From contig CP068257.2 of assembly GCA_009914755.4 (NCBI GenBank), positions 30,336,001 through 30,400,000 of the forward strand: 64,000 nucleotides of DNA, in the 5' to 3' direction. The DNA is from the human T2T-CHM13v2.0 reference genome, Homo sapiens. The position numbers and the translations under genes were made by a program. Shown here piece after piece: positions 47,438-61,956 of this stretch. A model generated the notes under the pieces. It searched no databases. It was not told the origin of the DNA and was given only the letters and a program-made list of their open reading frames with translations. How positions within the stretch are numbered: the stretch's first letter is position 1; every line of letters begins with the position of its first letter.

Positions 47438-48689
47438 TCACTTTAGTATTTATGCCTAAAACAATCTGATCAGCTTTCTGCTTTTGTGGGATGCATTGAG
47501 CATGAACAATGTCACTGATGTTAAAGGAGCAAATGAGCATTCTCTTCACTTTTGAAATAAGTATTTTTCTTACGTCTCAGGGATGTTGAGGCTTTCTACA
47601 GCGAACGTTGATGCTTTACTTCTGGACCATAATAGAAACACTATGTTCTACGATCGGTCATTATTTTTCTCTAAAACATGTGCTTTTTGTTTTTTCAAAC
47701 CTCCCTTGAAAAATCAGAGCAAATGCCAAGGCTTTTGAGTGTAAGTTTATCATTCAAAATTGTTGGCAAGTTTTCACAGAAATTTCCCTGCTGTCCCAGT
47801 TCTCTTCCCTCTGAATGTAACACTCCGGCCAACGTGCTCACAATTACTTGTTCAGCGCACTGCCTGGTTCAGCACTTCCACAGCCCTTGTGAGTGACGAG
47901 GCTCCATGGCAGAGCCATCTCCTTCCTTCCTTAAACCTTCCATGACAACCCCTAACTCTTGTCTTTGCCATCTGTGCTTGGCTCTTTCTCCACATATTCC
48001 TTTTTAACATGTCAAATGTCTTGCTGGCCCCACTGTGTTACTTTATGCAAAATGTGAGGCTCTTTGTTCCTAAAACTGCTATCATTTTTACTCAGGCATG
48101 AGCACCCGCACTTCCTTACCCTCTGGCACAAATCTGCCTGCAAGGCAGGTTGTAGCAAGTCCCTGTTAAGACTGGTCTTTGATTTCCACTGGCCTCAAGG
48201 GACACCTCCTTGGGTACACAGAAATCCATTTCATTGGTTGGACAGATACTCACAGTGCAGAGCTAGAAATGTCTGTGCTGCCCTTAGAAGGACTACATGT
48301 CACTCAGCTAGGAGACACCCCCAGAAATTCCCCATCAAACTCTATTCCACAGAGCCCCCATCAATGACAGTAAACCATGCCAGTACTGCCCTAGATCAAA
48401 CCCACACAGTTGCAGCGTGAGTCTCTTCTCTCTTTCCCTTCTTATCCCAACTTACCCAAATTTAATGAAAATGCTGAAATCGAAACTGACCGAAATAGAA
48501 ATTGCTGCTCCCATATTTAAGCACTGTTCAGTGCATCTTGCTCCCCCACATTCTGGATTCTTCTCCCACTGCCTCATTGAAATTGCTCTCTAGCTTCACC
48601 AGGAGCTCCCTTGTGGCAAAATATAATGGACATTTTTCATTTATTTCTCTGGGCTCTCTCTGTCTGTCATGGTAGAAATTGTGTGTCCC

Positions 48690-49085
48690 CTGCTACCCAC
48701 CCCAATTCATGTGTTGAAGCGCTGACCTCCCATGTGACTGTATTTGGAGACAGGATCTTTAAGGAGATAATGAAAGTTAAATCAGATCATAAAGGCAGGG
48801 CCCTAATCCAATAGGACTGATGCCCTTCTAAGGAGGTGGGGGTGGGAAGAGAGAGAGAGAGAGAGAGACAGACCAGGGATGCGTGCACAGAGGCAAGGCC
48901 ACATGAGGACACAGCAAGAAGGTGAACATCTGGAAGCCAAGGAGAGGCCTCAGGAGAAACCACACCTGCCAATTTCTGGATCATGGACTTCCAGCCTCCA
49001 GAACTGTGAGAAAATCAATGCCTCGTGGAAGGCACCCAGTCTTGTATTTGCTATGGCAGCCTGAGCAGACTAACACACGCTCCTT
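48690..49085 (-). mobile_element. MLT1-type MaLR LTR with internal (GA)n
   Basis: ...gggccctaatccaataggactgatgcccttctaagg...(ga)13...ccagaactgtgagaaaatcaatgcctcgtggaaggcacccagtcttgtatttgctatggcagcctgagcagactaaca. Confidence 0.7.
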
Positions 49086-49394
49086 CTAGAAACACTCTAT
49101 TATCCCAGCTCTGTGATTCTCTTCCCACCTTTCCAACGATTCCTGGAGATTTCCTCTTTCAAGTATTCTGAGTGTTGCTGTCTCTGTCTTCCATCCACAG
49201 CCTTCTCACTCATAGCATTTCAAGCATTTCAACTCCTATTCCCAAGCCAAAGTCATCAACATCTATGTCCCCTGGAACTTCAGATGTGAGTGTCCAATTT
49301 CTGGTTGGAAGTCTCCCAGGTATCTCATAGGAACCTCAAAGTCAACACGTGCAAAGCTGAACTTACCCCTTTTCACCTGTTTGTTGTTGTTGTT

Positions 49395-49878
<484 letters not shown>

Positions 49879-50292
49879 TCAATAGCCATCACACAGGCCT
49901 TTGTTGCCTCTGGCCAAGCCTATCACAGCAACCATCTGATGGGCTTTCTCAAATCTATCCCTTGTCCTACCGGCCACTGCCCTTAACCAATATTAAATTT
50001 TGACCATGTCAATCCTTAACATTTGACATTAAACATTAAAGCTTAACATCTTTGGTGCCTCTGGAATAACTCTCAGCTAATGTCCTCACTCCTTAGCAAG
50101 AATATGGGGCCCAGTGCAGCGTGGCTCCTGCTCACCCTCCAAGCTCAACTTTTACTCTTTTTTGCCTGCAACTTTGTGCTTTAGCCATGCTCAGGGTGCT
50201 CCTTCCCGCGCATCTGCTGTCTTCTCTGAGGGCCCCACTCGTGTATGTCTGTCTCTGTGTCCAAACTTCTCCTTTTATAAGAACACCAGGGG

Positions 50293-50592
<300 letters not shown>

Positions 50593-50649
50593 AGAACACC
50601 AGGCATATTGAATTAGGGACCACCCTGATGACTTCGTCTTAACTTGATT

Positions 50650-51015
50650 ACCTGTCTCAAGACCCTGTCTTATTCTGCTTGGGCTGTGATAACAAAGTGC
50701 CATAGTCTGGGTGGCTTAAACGACAGACATCTATTTCTCGCAGTTCTGGAGGTTGCAAAGTCCAAGGTCAGGGTACTGGCATGGCTGAGTTCCAGTGAGA
50801 TTCCTTTCTCCTCTCTCCCTGTGTCCTCACACAGCAGAGAAAGAGAGAGATCTAATGTCTTCCTTTTCTAATAGGGGCACTAATCTCATATGGAGCCTCC
50901 ATTCTCATGACCAAATTTAGCCCTAAGGTTCTACCTCCTAATGCCATCACCTTGGGGGCTAGGGTTTCAACATATAAATTTGGGGGGACAAAAATATTTG
51001 GTCTATAACAGAACC
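50650..51015 (+). mobile_element. MLT1-type MaLR LTR
   Basis: tgtcttattctgcttgggctgtgataacaaagtgccatagtctgggtggcttaaacgacagacatctatttctcgcagttctggaggttgcaaagtccaaggtcagggtactggcatgg... Confidence 0.75.
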
Positions 51016-51956
51016 CGTCTTCCAATAAGGTCTCATTCTCACCTCAACATATGGATTTAAGGGAGATAACAATTCAATCCAAAACAGCCAGCTAGCTGGG
51101 GGGTGAGAAATTTTGTTCAAACTTTCCCACAGTGACTCCAGAGAAAACTTTTCTCTGCAATTTGTGGGATGGGCTGGCTTGAGGATGGGAGTGTGGAAAG
51201 GGACAGAGGATCTGATGAAAGATACCAGAGCCCCGACGTTGTGATGAACTTTATAGAAAAGCTTCCTGATCGCCAGTGGTGAAGGCCACCAGTCTGTTCA
51301 TGGCGATGACATTCTTTCCTGCCCAGGATATAACATTGGCTGGGACTGATGCCTTTTGTTTCCTTCATTAGCCACTGGTCTGTCTGGTTTTCATCTTATC
51401 ATGATTATAATAGGAATAGTGATTACAATTTCTTCAACAAAAATTTATTTGCATCTATAACACGCTGGGCATTGTAAAGATTGTTGGAGATTTTAAGCTG
51501 TGACTTCGTTGTGGTCCTTGAATGTCAAAAAGAGAATCACATTTTTATGTGTTACTGGAAAAGTAGCGACTTCCTAAAAGTTTTTTTCACCCTAATTGTG
51601 CTAGTTAACAAGCTCAGAAGAGCAGAAAAAAAAAAACAAAAAAAGTTACCACCAAATCCCATGACCTAAATTTGGTGTATCCTCTTATAATTTTTTTCTA
51701 TACCTTTAGAAATGCATGTGTTACCCTTTTATATGGTTTGTTCATTTAAAAAATTTTTTATTTTGAAATAATTTTAGACTCACATATAAGTGGCAAAAGG
51801 AGTACAGAGAATTCCTCTGTACTCTTCCCCAGGTTCCACAGCGATAACATTTTTAAAATTTTTTATTTTTAAAATTGTGGTAAAATACAAATAACACAAA
51901 ATTGACCATTTTAAAGATGTTGAAGTACACAGCTCAGTGGCGTTAAGAACATTCAG

Positions 51957-52310
51957 GCCAGGCGCGGTGGCTCACGCCTGTAATCCCAGCACTTTGGGAG
52001 GCCGAGGCAGGTGCATCACCTGAGGTCAGGAGTTCAAGACCAGCCTGGCCAACATGGAGAAACCCCATCTCTACTAAAAATACAAAAATTAGCCAGGCGT
52101 GGTGGCGGGTGCCTGTAATGCCAGCTACTTGGGAGACTGAGGCAAGAGAATCGCTTGAACCCGGGAGGCGGAGGTTGTAGTGAGCCGAGACTGTGTCACT
52201 GCACCCCAGTCTGGGAGACAGAGTGAGGCTCTGTCTCAATACAATACAATACAATACAATACAATACAATACAATACAATACAATACAATAAAAACAACA
52301 ACAAAAAAAC
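51957..52310 (+). mobile_element. Alu with (ACAAT)n-expanded tail
   Basis: Canonical Alu followed by caatacaatacaat... (about 11 units). Confidence 0.9.
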
Positions 52311-55218
52311 CATTCTCAGTGTTACGCTGCCATCACCAGCATCCATCTCCAGACCTTTTTTCCATCTTCCAAAATGGAAACTGTGCCAATTAAACAACTT
52401 CACCTTCCCTCTCCCCACAGGCCTTGGCGACTCCCGTTCTACTTTCTGTCTCTGTGAATTTGACTACTCTAGGGACTCAAGGGGCCCTGGCTTCCCTGCT
52501 ATGAGTGAACTTGAAGGAGCAGGGAGGAGTTTCCAAGACACCCAGTTTCCCTCTCCCTGGGCTGCAAGTCCGGCAGGCCACTGGGTTTCCTGTGTTCTGG
52601 GTGACTTCTCAAGCCTAGTGACCTGGAACAGGGGTGCACAGTGGGAGGACAGAGGCTCCCTGATGTGTGTTTGGCATTGCCAATCTCCTTATTAGCTTAT
52701 TGGTGCAATCTCACCAATAAGAGGCTGGCTGACAGGGAGCACTGATTTCTAGCGTGTGTTCTTGAGGTTCAAAAGGGAAAACAGCCATTTGGGGTTTGCA
52801 TAGAGAATGAGGTTTCAGCTAACCATGGCTGATTACAGAATTGCTCCAGCAGTGACCGTGTTTGACCTCGACCTCAATACCCCAGCAGCTGCCCCTGCTG
52901 TGTCTGTTCAGTGAAACAACCCTTGCAACCACGCCTCCAAGTCCGTCACCACAGATCCCTCCTGCCTGAGTTTTCAGTGGCTGCTGTAATAAAGTACCAC
53001 TGGCAGGGTGGCCTAGAACAACACATTTTATTCTCTCACAGTTCTAGTGGCCAGAAGTTCCAAATCAAGGCATCCAAACTAAAGCTCTTTAATGTTGGGC
53101 AAGTTACTTAATGTCCCTGTACCTCACTTTACTCATCTGTCCAATAGGAGGGTAAGAGCACCCCAGGACACTCCTGGTGCTCTGCCCAGACCTCCAGGGA
53201 TCCCTTTTACCCATTTTGTGTGTGCATCCCGCAGCTTCTGTGTGCTTTCCTTCTACCTGCTCGCACCTGCAACCTTCTTCAGACACCTGCTAATAGAGCT
53301 GCTTCACCTGCAAAGGACATAGAGTTGGAAGTGCCGGGGACTGCGTGGTGCTCCCTGGAGCCAATGCACAGCATGCTGGTCTTCCCATGGTGGAATACAG
53401 GCTTGCAGGGTTCCCACCTGAGGCTTTATAGAGAGATACAGGGCATGGGGTCCTCTAGGCAGGGTGACAACCGCATCCCAGTTTGCCCAGGCCTTTCCCA
53501 GTTTTAGCACTGAAGTCCCCATGAAGGTGGGTCATAGACACACTATCAAGTCACAGGAGCCTAGCAGGAGCCTTTCTGAGTGATCATCCTGCCCTTGGCA
53601 TCAGGTTCATGTCTCTGTACTCACATGGATGATGTGGGACTCTCGCCGTGGCTGCAACAGATAAGACCGGCACTGTTGTGGAGAAGCTTAGGGGGTTTCC
53701 AGGGCCTCCCAAGCTTTTCTGCTGCCTGACTTCTCCCTTTGGCTGTTGATGGCAGCAAGCCCGCGCCAGGAGTGAGAATGAAGGGGGCATCCTGGGCATT
53801 ACCCCCCTTCATTGTGACTGGTGGGGCTATTCCTGGAGGAATTAACTTTGGCACCATTCAGGGAAGCTGTGAATGAAAGGCAGCTGCACAGACATCATAA
53901 TCTGTAGCCGGGAACAGGCAGGCCGCTCTGGCACCCAGCCCGCCCCGTCTATGTGGTGCCAACAGCTCCTGGGCAGACACAACCGGGAATTTTAAGGCAA
54001 GGCCTGTATTTGCAGTCCTCCCTGCTGGCCGTAAACCCCGGCTTGTTAGTTTCAAAGGCTTGAGGTCAAATGTACCATTATAACAAGTTAGACCAGTTTA
54101 TAAAAGAAGACCAAGGTGGGAGGTTTTGCCAGTATTTGTTTCACATCGTCTTGCTCTTTGATTTAAATGTTTTGATGAACTGCCCTGATGGTCATGATGC
54201 TGGTGGCCAGTGAAATCCTACCAAACCTTTCTGTGCTAATTCTGCCCAGAACATGGTTGGAGAATCCTTAATGATCACAATGCAGTAATTTTCCCCTTTT
54301 CACCATTCGGAACTATTGCAAAACTTTCCAAGGGATTGGCCTGATTCCCTGGGGCCCTCCCTCATCCTGGAACCCTGATATCTTGTAGAACTGCCACTTT
54401 GGGAGGTAGGATGTGGATAGACCAAAGCATAAGAACAATGCTTCATGGCGTTTCTGCAACACAAGATCTTCATTTCTTAACCACTTCCTCTTTTTGAGTG
54501 GAATTAGAGGAAGTCGAGAAAAAAGGGGATTAGGAAATTCATTCCAGCATACGGAATAAAATCTGTCCTTCAACAAATGAAGGCTGAAAGGGACACGTGA
54601 ACATTTCATCTAGCATATTCCTATATTCCTGTTCTTAGATGATGCTAAGCTGTCATTTCAGAAGAAACCCAGCCTCTTCGCTGTACCTCCAAATCCCAAT
54701 TTTCTGTGAACAGGGACGGAGGAAGAGCTGCCAACAAGGAAGTTACCTAGGTTTTGACAGCTTATTAGTTCTATTATTCCGACTCAGGCTCAGGGCTGCA
54801 TGGGCCAGTAGAGTGCGGGAGAGTCTGAGCAACACAGGGACTGGATAATTTTCTCCTATAAAATTCAATGCTGTTGTTGGCTTCAATTTCACCAAATGAA
54901 ATCTCCAAATGACCAATGGCAAAGAGAAAGCACTGTCGTCTCACAAAACTGCCTTGAGTTATGATTTCAATAGATTCTAGCTACCGTGCTTTTACTAAAT
55001 TCCCAAATACCTGCAGCTTTTGTTGGTATAATATTATTTCACTATCACTAAAAAAACCCCAAATCAGAATCATTTACATCTTGAGGCATACCCAGCGAGT
55101 TACAGGCTTAAAGTTACCTTATCTGGTAAGAGTGAAAACCATATCCCTCTGTTGTTTTTCTCAAGGAATCATATTGTTTTTCATTCCTATTTCTGGAGTT
55201 ACTTGTGAGGCTGAACGT

Positions 55219-55527
<309 letters not shown>

Positions 55528-56477
55528 AAGGTTGAACATCTTATGTTTTTTAGCCATTTGCAATTCTTCCAGAGCCTTCGACCCACATCTGTTTTCTTAA
55601 CTCTCTCCTAGAATCATTTTAGAATTATGGAGAATTATTAAGGGAAAGAGAAGAAGTGCACAGTAGGGGATGAAGGGGGAGAGGTGAAACCAGGTGGGGA
55701 GCACTGTTCTCAAGCCCTCCTCCAGCTCCCTCTGACTTTTCTTTCCCCAGGGCTAGATTCCCTCCACCCCACTCCTATTTTTCCTCGAAGGCCATGTCAA
55801 GTCTCTTAGGATAAGTCCCTCTTCTCCTCTAATAACTTACTACTCTTGATCTTAGCCGAAACGCTGAGAAGTGATTCTTATAATAATTTGTTTTGCTTTT
55901 AATCATTCCAGGTAAAGGGAGAGGACCTTTAGTCTTGGATCCTGACCTCCTTTTAGGTGAAACTTCCTCTGAGGACAAAGTATAGTGGTCCCAGTGTCCC
56001 TGTCTCATTTAAAAAGTAAAATACTGGTAGTATAGTTTGGGATAAGCAAGCTAAGTAGTCAGATTCTGGCATTCTGAATCTTCCTTTTGCTTAGGAATTG
56101 CTAAGGCCGAGGGTTGTCTCTGGCTCAACATTTGCCTGAACGTTCAGTCTCCTTTCGGGTCTGTGAGGGAGCAAATGCTACTGCGGGAGCCTCAGGGAGC
56201 CCTGCCCACACCTTCCTCTTCCCTTCCTTAAAGGTCACGATAGCTGGGTTCATCCCGTAGTTGGATGTCAAGTTTACTTTTAAAATAGATTGTAACACTT
56301 AATTCTTGCTGTCATCCTGTAGGAAATACCACGATCCAGTGGTAGCCTCCAAGTATATCACCCTGAAAACAATTCTGGTGGTCTCAAAACAGAAAGCACA
56401 GAGGCCCAATTAAGATGCTCAAATCTCATGGTTTATTAAGTCAACGTGAAACACACAAGAAGAAGCAAGGGGATAAG

Positions 56478-57560
56478 GATGGGTTAGGTAGTGTATTAGT
56501 CAGGGTTCTCTAGAGGGACAGAATTAATAGGATATATATATATATGTATATATATGTATGTGTGTATTTACATATATTTATGTGTGTTGTGGGATCTTGT
56601 GATTGTGTGAGTTAATACTATTTAATATACTCCCCTTTATACATATATACGTATATATACATATATACGTATATATGTATATACGTATATATACATATAT
56701 ACGTATATATGTATATACGTATATACATATATACATATACGTATATACATATACGTATATATGTATAAAGGGGAGTATATTATATGTATATATATGTATA
56801 TATATGTATATATATGTATATATATGTATATATGTATATATATGTATATATGTATATATATGTATATATGTATATATATGTATATATGTATATATATGTA
56901 TATATACGTATATATATGTATATATGTATATATATGTATATATACGTATATATATGTATATATACGTATATATATGTATATATATGTATATATATGTATA
57001 TATATGTATATATATGTATATATATGTATATATATGTATATATATGTATATATATGTATATATATGTATATATATGTATATATATGTATATATATGTATA
57101 AAGGGGAGTATATTATATATATATACACACACACATATATATGTGTATATATACGTATAAAGGGGAGTACATTAAATAGTATTAACTCACACAATCACAA
57201 GGTCCCACAATAGGCCATCTGCAAGCTGAGGAGCAAGGAAGCCAGTCTGAGTTCCAAAGCTGAAGAACTTGGAGTCTGATGTTTGAGGGCAGGAAGCATC
57301 CAACACAGGAGAAAGATGGAGGCTGGGAGGCTAAGCCAGTCTAGTCTTTTCACATTCTTCTGCCTGCTTAATATCCTGGCCATGCGGGCAGCTGATTAGA
57401 TGGTGCCTACCCAGATTGAGGGTGGGTCTGCCTTTCCAGTCCACTGACTCAAATGTTAATCTTCTTTGGCAGCACCTTCACAGACACACCCAAGATCAAT
57501 ACTTTGCATCCTTCAGTCCAATCAAGTTGACACTCAGTATTAACCATCACAGGTAGCCAC
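56478..57560 (+). mobile_element. MaLR-type LTR (same family as 22385) whose internal (TA)n microsatellite is expanded into a roughly 620-bp palindromic block
   Basis: 5' part gtgtattagtcagggttctctagagggacagaattaatagg (56478-56520). 3' part ...ctgcaagctgaggagcaaggaagccagtctgag...caagttgacactcagtattaaccatcacag (57210-57560). Confidence 0.65.
56590..57203. repeat. AT-rich palindromic block: (TATATG/TATACG)n flanked by 54-bp inverted repeats
   Basis: Left arm gtgggatcttgtgattgtgtgagttaatactatttaatatactcccctttatac (56590-56644) is the reverse complement of the right arm gtataaaggggagtacattaaatagtattaactcacacaatcacaaggtcccac (57150-57203), with 2 mismatches. Internal copies of gtataaaggggagtatatta lie at 56764 and 57095. 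Confidence 0.85.
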
Positions 57561-57766
57561 ACTGAGTATAGTGTGAAGGTGGGGTGGAAGACCACACACC
57601 TCAGTCCGGAGTTACATGATGTTCATGCATCCTATTTCTCTGCTGTCTGCATCTACCTCCCCCAAGGAATATTGAACAGCGGCTCAGCAGGCAGAGGTGC
57701 CTGCAATCAACACTTGCTTCTTTTATTGGAGAGATGCAGGAGAAATTACACCTGGTCACAGCAGCA

Positions 57767-58530
57767 CAGTAGTTCCCCCGTTATCTGAGGTTTTCCTTTT
57801 TGCAGTTCCATTTACCCATGGTCTGAAAATATTGAATGGAAATGAAATATTGGTGGAAAATTCCAGAAATAAACAATATATAAGTTTTCAATCATGTACC
57901 ATTCTGATTAGTGTGATGAAATCTTGCACTGTTCCACTCCATCCCACCTGAGATGTGAATCCTTCCTTTGTCCAGCGTCTCCACCCTGTAGATGCTTAGA
58001 AGTCATCTCGATGATCAGATCCACTGAGGTATTGCAGTACTTGCCTTCAGATCACCTTTATTTGACTTCATAATGCCCCAAAGCTTAAGAGTAGTGATGC
58101 TGGCAGTTCAGATATGCCAAAGAGAAGCCGTAAAATGTTTGCTATAAGTGAAAAGGTGAAAGTTCTTGACTTAATAAGAAAAAGATCATTGACTGAGGTT
58201 GCTAAGACCTATGGTAAAGATGAATCTTCTATCCATGAAATTGTGAAGAAAGAAAAAGAAGTGTGTGCTAGTTTTGCTGTTTCAGCTTAAACTGCAAAAG
58301 TTATGGCCACAGTGCATGATGACAGAGCTCAGTTAAGATGGAAAATATATTAAATTTGTGGGTGGAAGATATGAACACACACGTATCTTGACTGATGGTG
58401 ACCAGGTTCAGTACTATCTGTGGTTTAGGGATCCACTGGGGCCTGGGAACATATCTCTTGTGGATAAAGGGGTACTCCTGTAGTTTGCCAACTAGTTCAA
58501 TGAACAGTTATGGATCTTATCTGTATTCCT
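57767..58530 (+). mobile_element. Tigger-family (pogo superfamily) DNA transposon remnant with decayed transposase N-terminus
   Basis: Tigger-like 5' TIR cagtagttcccccgttatctgaggttttcc. The short ORF at 58114-58290 (MPKRSRKMFAISEKVKVLDLIRKRSLTEVAKTYGKDESSIHEIVKKEKEV...) has the CENP-B/pogo-type HTH pattern. Downstream sequence continues the transposase with frameshifts and stops. Confidence 0.7.
58114..58290 (+). pseudogene. Pogo/Tigger transposase N-terminal HTH fragment (58 codons, truncated by stop)
   Basis: KRK-x-LTL/SEK-x-x-I/L...VAK-x-YG-x-x-x-S-x-I...KEK motif pattern. The reading frame is lost after codon 58. Confidence 0.6.
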
Positions 58531-60994
58531 TGGGCAGAGCATGTGAGATCTCGAGTGGGACATACTGAGTGTTACCGGTGGGTGGCCAGTAAAAAATGAC
58601 AAAACCATCAGCTTAGAGGTTGCATGACCCCTTGCCTTATAACCTGGTCTTTCCTTCCTTTCCATCCTTTTCTATCTATAATTGCTCTTGCTACTCCATT
58701 CTTTTTAAAAACTCACACATCTCTTACATGTCACTAACTTATTATCTGTACTTGACATCTTTTATGGCTTCTGCTCATCTTACAAGCTACTTGCTTACTC
58801 GTTCTCTGCACTTCATCTTTTCAGTTTTATACAACCCATTCATTTTCCTGTCACCTATTACAGAATTGAATATCCTCAATTAATATGACTAATGTTGTAA
58901 CTTCACTTTAGTGAAGGTGACAAATTTCCAAGATTTAAAAAAAAAAAGTGAATTAGAGTTGGCTTATACTTAAGGCATCTGGACATCACATCTGCATGGA
59001 AGGTTTCGGCAGAGTGCACACATTGCAGTTCTCGTCAGTCTCTGCCCACATCACCGGTGGGCCCCAAAGACCCAGGGCTTACCTAGATTAGGGTTTGGAG
59101 GTGGTATCTGATCTAAATAAGATAAATAGGCTGAGGAATTGAGTATGTCCAGATGAGTGAGGCTCAGTGAAGAGAACTGGATGAGACTCCCCTGAAGGGA
59201 GAGAGAAATCTCATCTTCTGTGTAGTAAAACCTTGAACCTTGATCAAACAGAGATCTGGCCTTTGCCAATGGCTCCTGGGAGATGATCTCTAAGCCCTTG
59301 AGATTTCATGTCATGGTGTGTCTTTGTTTGCCCGGAAGTTTTGAGCAACACCAAAAATGTGATACAGTGTGGGGGCTTAGGGCCATGTGGTATTTGTTGA
59401 TTTCTGGAGGGGCTGGAGACTGAAGTCAGCCATGTGGGCAGCCAACCAAGTTTAAGTGATGGAGCCCCATTCAAGACTCTAGACATCAAGGCTCAGGAGA
59501 GCCTCCGTGGTTGGCAACAGTCTGTGCATATTGTCCCACACCCATGCTGGGAGAGTGTCACTGTCAGCTCCATGGGAGAGGTTAATGGAAGCTCCACAGT
59601 GGGAACTCTCTTGGGCTTCACCCTATGCTCCTCTTCCCTTGGCTGACTCCGTATCCTTTTCTTGGAATAAACCATAACCATAAGGATAACAGCTTTCAGT
59701 GAACTCTGTGAGACCTTCTAGTGAATTACGGAGCCTCAGGATAGGTACTGTGTTCCCTTGAACTTTGCAGTTAGTGTCAAAAGTGAGAGTCCTGTGGATG
59801 GATAGCTCCCACACTGCATCTTTCCAAGCAAGAGACAGACAGGAAAGGGATGAAAAAGAATGAAGCTGAGTGTTTCCCTTATGACTAAGTTTGGGACTTC
59901 CCCTTCTCCATCATCCCCTTCCCTTCCCCCTATTTGTCTTGCATGGGACCCCACTGGGGCCAGATTTCCAGTTGTCAATGAAGAAGTGAAAATGTTTGGC
60001 AGAGCACTTACCGTCTTGGATTTCAGAGCATTTTGCACATACATCCTGTTAAGCCTTTCCTACGTTAGAAGGTGAATTAGGAAACTGGGTTCATACTGAC
60101 ACCTTTTGTCTGCTCTCAGGCACAGAATAGGTTCGTGTTTTGGCCCCAGCGAAGAGCAAGCATCTCAAAGCTTCCAATGACAAGGGTCATTGCTCCCAGG
60201 AGGGAGGGTTTCCCTGCCATGCCTGAGCTGGAACCAGCTCATCTTCAGATATATCTCATTCAGCGTTGCAAATCAGAACCACTTGGGCTTTGTTTGGCTT
60301 CAGGTGTTTTTACTTCAACAACTGAACGCAGAAATGAATTAAAGAGAAGCAAAGCCAACCCATCAAGGGCAGTATCAAGTTCAACCATACAAAATTGCCG
60401 TTTTTTGTAGGCCAAATTTATACAGTCCAACTTCATACATACAAGTTCACCAACAGCTAAAGCAGTGGTTCTCAGTTTGACTACACATAAGATACACTGG
60501 GGAGCTTTCAAAACAAATAAAACAAAACAAAACAAAAACCACGTCCAGGCCATACCCCAGACCAATTAAATTGAAATTTCTAGGGTTGGAACTCAAGCAA
60601 CAAGATTTTTAACACTCCCCAGGAGGTTTCAAGAGGCAGTCAAGGCTGAGAATTTCTAAAACAAATTAAAATATGTGGGTTTTACTAAATCATCAGTCAT
60701 CCCTCCTCATGGGCCCCAGTCATTTAACAGACTCTTACCAGGGGCTGACCATGAGCCAGGCATTGATGAGATCCTGGGACAGCAGGGAGCCCCGTTCCCT
60801 TAACTCGTAGCCACTCTGCTTCCTTTCCATCCGTGCCCATCGCTCTGCACAGCTGTACCTGGGGTTATACCTCCGAGTGACAGTGCCCATCTTCAGGTGC
60901 CCTTGGGGCTGGGTGGTTTTCCCAGGTGGGCTCACCTGCAGACCCCTCTTAGCTCTTTGCAACTACCTAGAGGAGAGCACTTTTTCTGGGGTCC

Positions 60995-61095
60995 CCACCT
61001 GGAAAAACAGTTTTCTCTGTCCTCTAGGGCCACGTTTCTCGACACCACCTGGAAAAACAGTTTTCTCTGTCCTCTAGGGTCACGTTTCTCAAGAT
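60995..61095. repeat. Roughly 50-bp tandem duplication (2 copies)
   Basis: cacctggaaaaacagttttctctgtcctctagggccacgtttctcga occurs twice consecutively with 2 mismatches. Confidence 0.85.
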
Positions 61096-61520
61096 ATGGT
61101 CCAGGGACCACCTGCTTCTAAACAACAAAGGGATGTTTGTTTCAATGCAGGTCCTGGGCCCACCCTAGACCAGTTCACTCTTTGCTGGTGGATCATGGGA
61201 GTCAACATTTTAAACAAGAGCCTCTCCCTAAGATGTCTGCTATGCGCCCAGAGTTTGAGAACCAGCCAAGGGACTCAACCTGGCTGCCTGGGCACAGGGT
61301 CAGTGACCTCCCTTTTCTCACATCTCTTAGCCCAGGCTGGCCACCCCCATCACTGACCAGGGACCACATGGAGCAGGCTGGTCTCCCTGGCAGCACTGGC
61401 CCCGTCCCTTTGGATTTCCGTGTCTCAGGTTTGCTCTGACTCTCACATCTTGTGAGATGTTGGAGCTCTGAAATACCTCAAACCTCCCCTCAGCCTAAGG
61501 GACAGGTCTGATTACATGCA

Positions 61521-61956
61521 CAGTTGACCCTTGAATGACATGATTTGAACTGTGCAGGTCCACTTCTACGTGGATTTCCTTCTGTCTCTGCCACCCCCGA
61601 GACAGCAACACCAACCCCTGCTCTTCCTCCTTCTCAGCCCACATAACCCGAAGACAATTATGATGAAGACCTTTATGATGCCCCACTTCCACTTAATCAA
61701 TAGTAAATGTATCTTCTCTTTCTCATGATTGTATTAATAACGTTTTCTTTTCAATAGTTTATTTATCGTAAGAATACAGGATATAATACATGTAACATAC
61801 GATGTGTGTTAATCAACTGTTTGTGTTATTGGCAGGGCTTCGGGTCAACAGTAGGCTATTAGAAGTTAAGTTTTGGGGGAGTCAAAAGCTGTACTGGGGT
61901 TTTCCACTGCATGGGGGTCAGCACTCCTAACCTCTGCATTATCCAAGGGCCAACTA
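61521..61956 (+). mobile_element. Tigger2-like nonautonomous DNA transposon (about 435 bp)
   Basis: Starts cagttgacccttgaatgacatgatttgaactgtgcaggtccacttctacgtggatttcc (Tigger2 TIR) and ends ...ccaagggccaact (inverted TIR). Confidence 0.7.

Noticed and set aside
52400-53600. Moderately GC-rich block with several 60-95 aa ORFs and a small hairpin (attggtg-caatct-caccaat at about 52700)
   Set aside because: No splice-compatible structure, no CpG enrichment, and the ORFs are short and overlapping on both strands. Consistent with random intergenic sequence.
56578-57213. 150-185 aa ORFs composed of [10 protein letters not shown]...
   Set aside because: Translation of the (TATATG)n palindromic block on both strands. 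Not coding.
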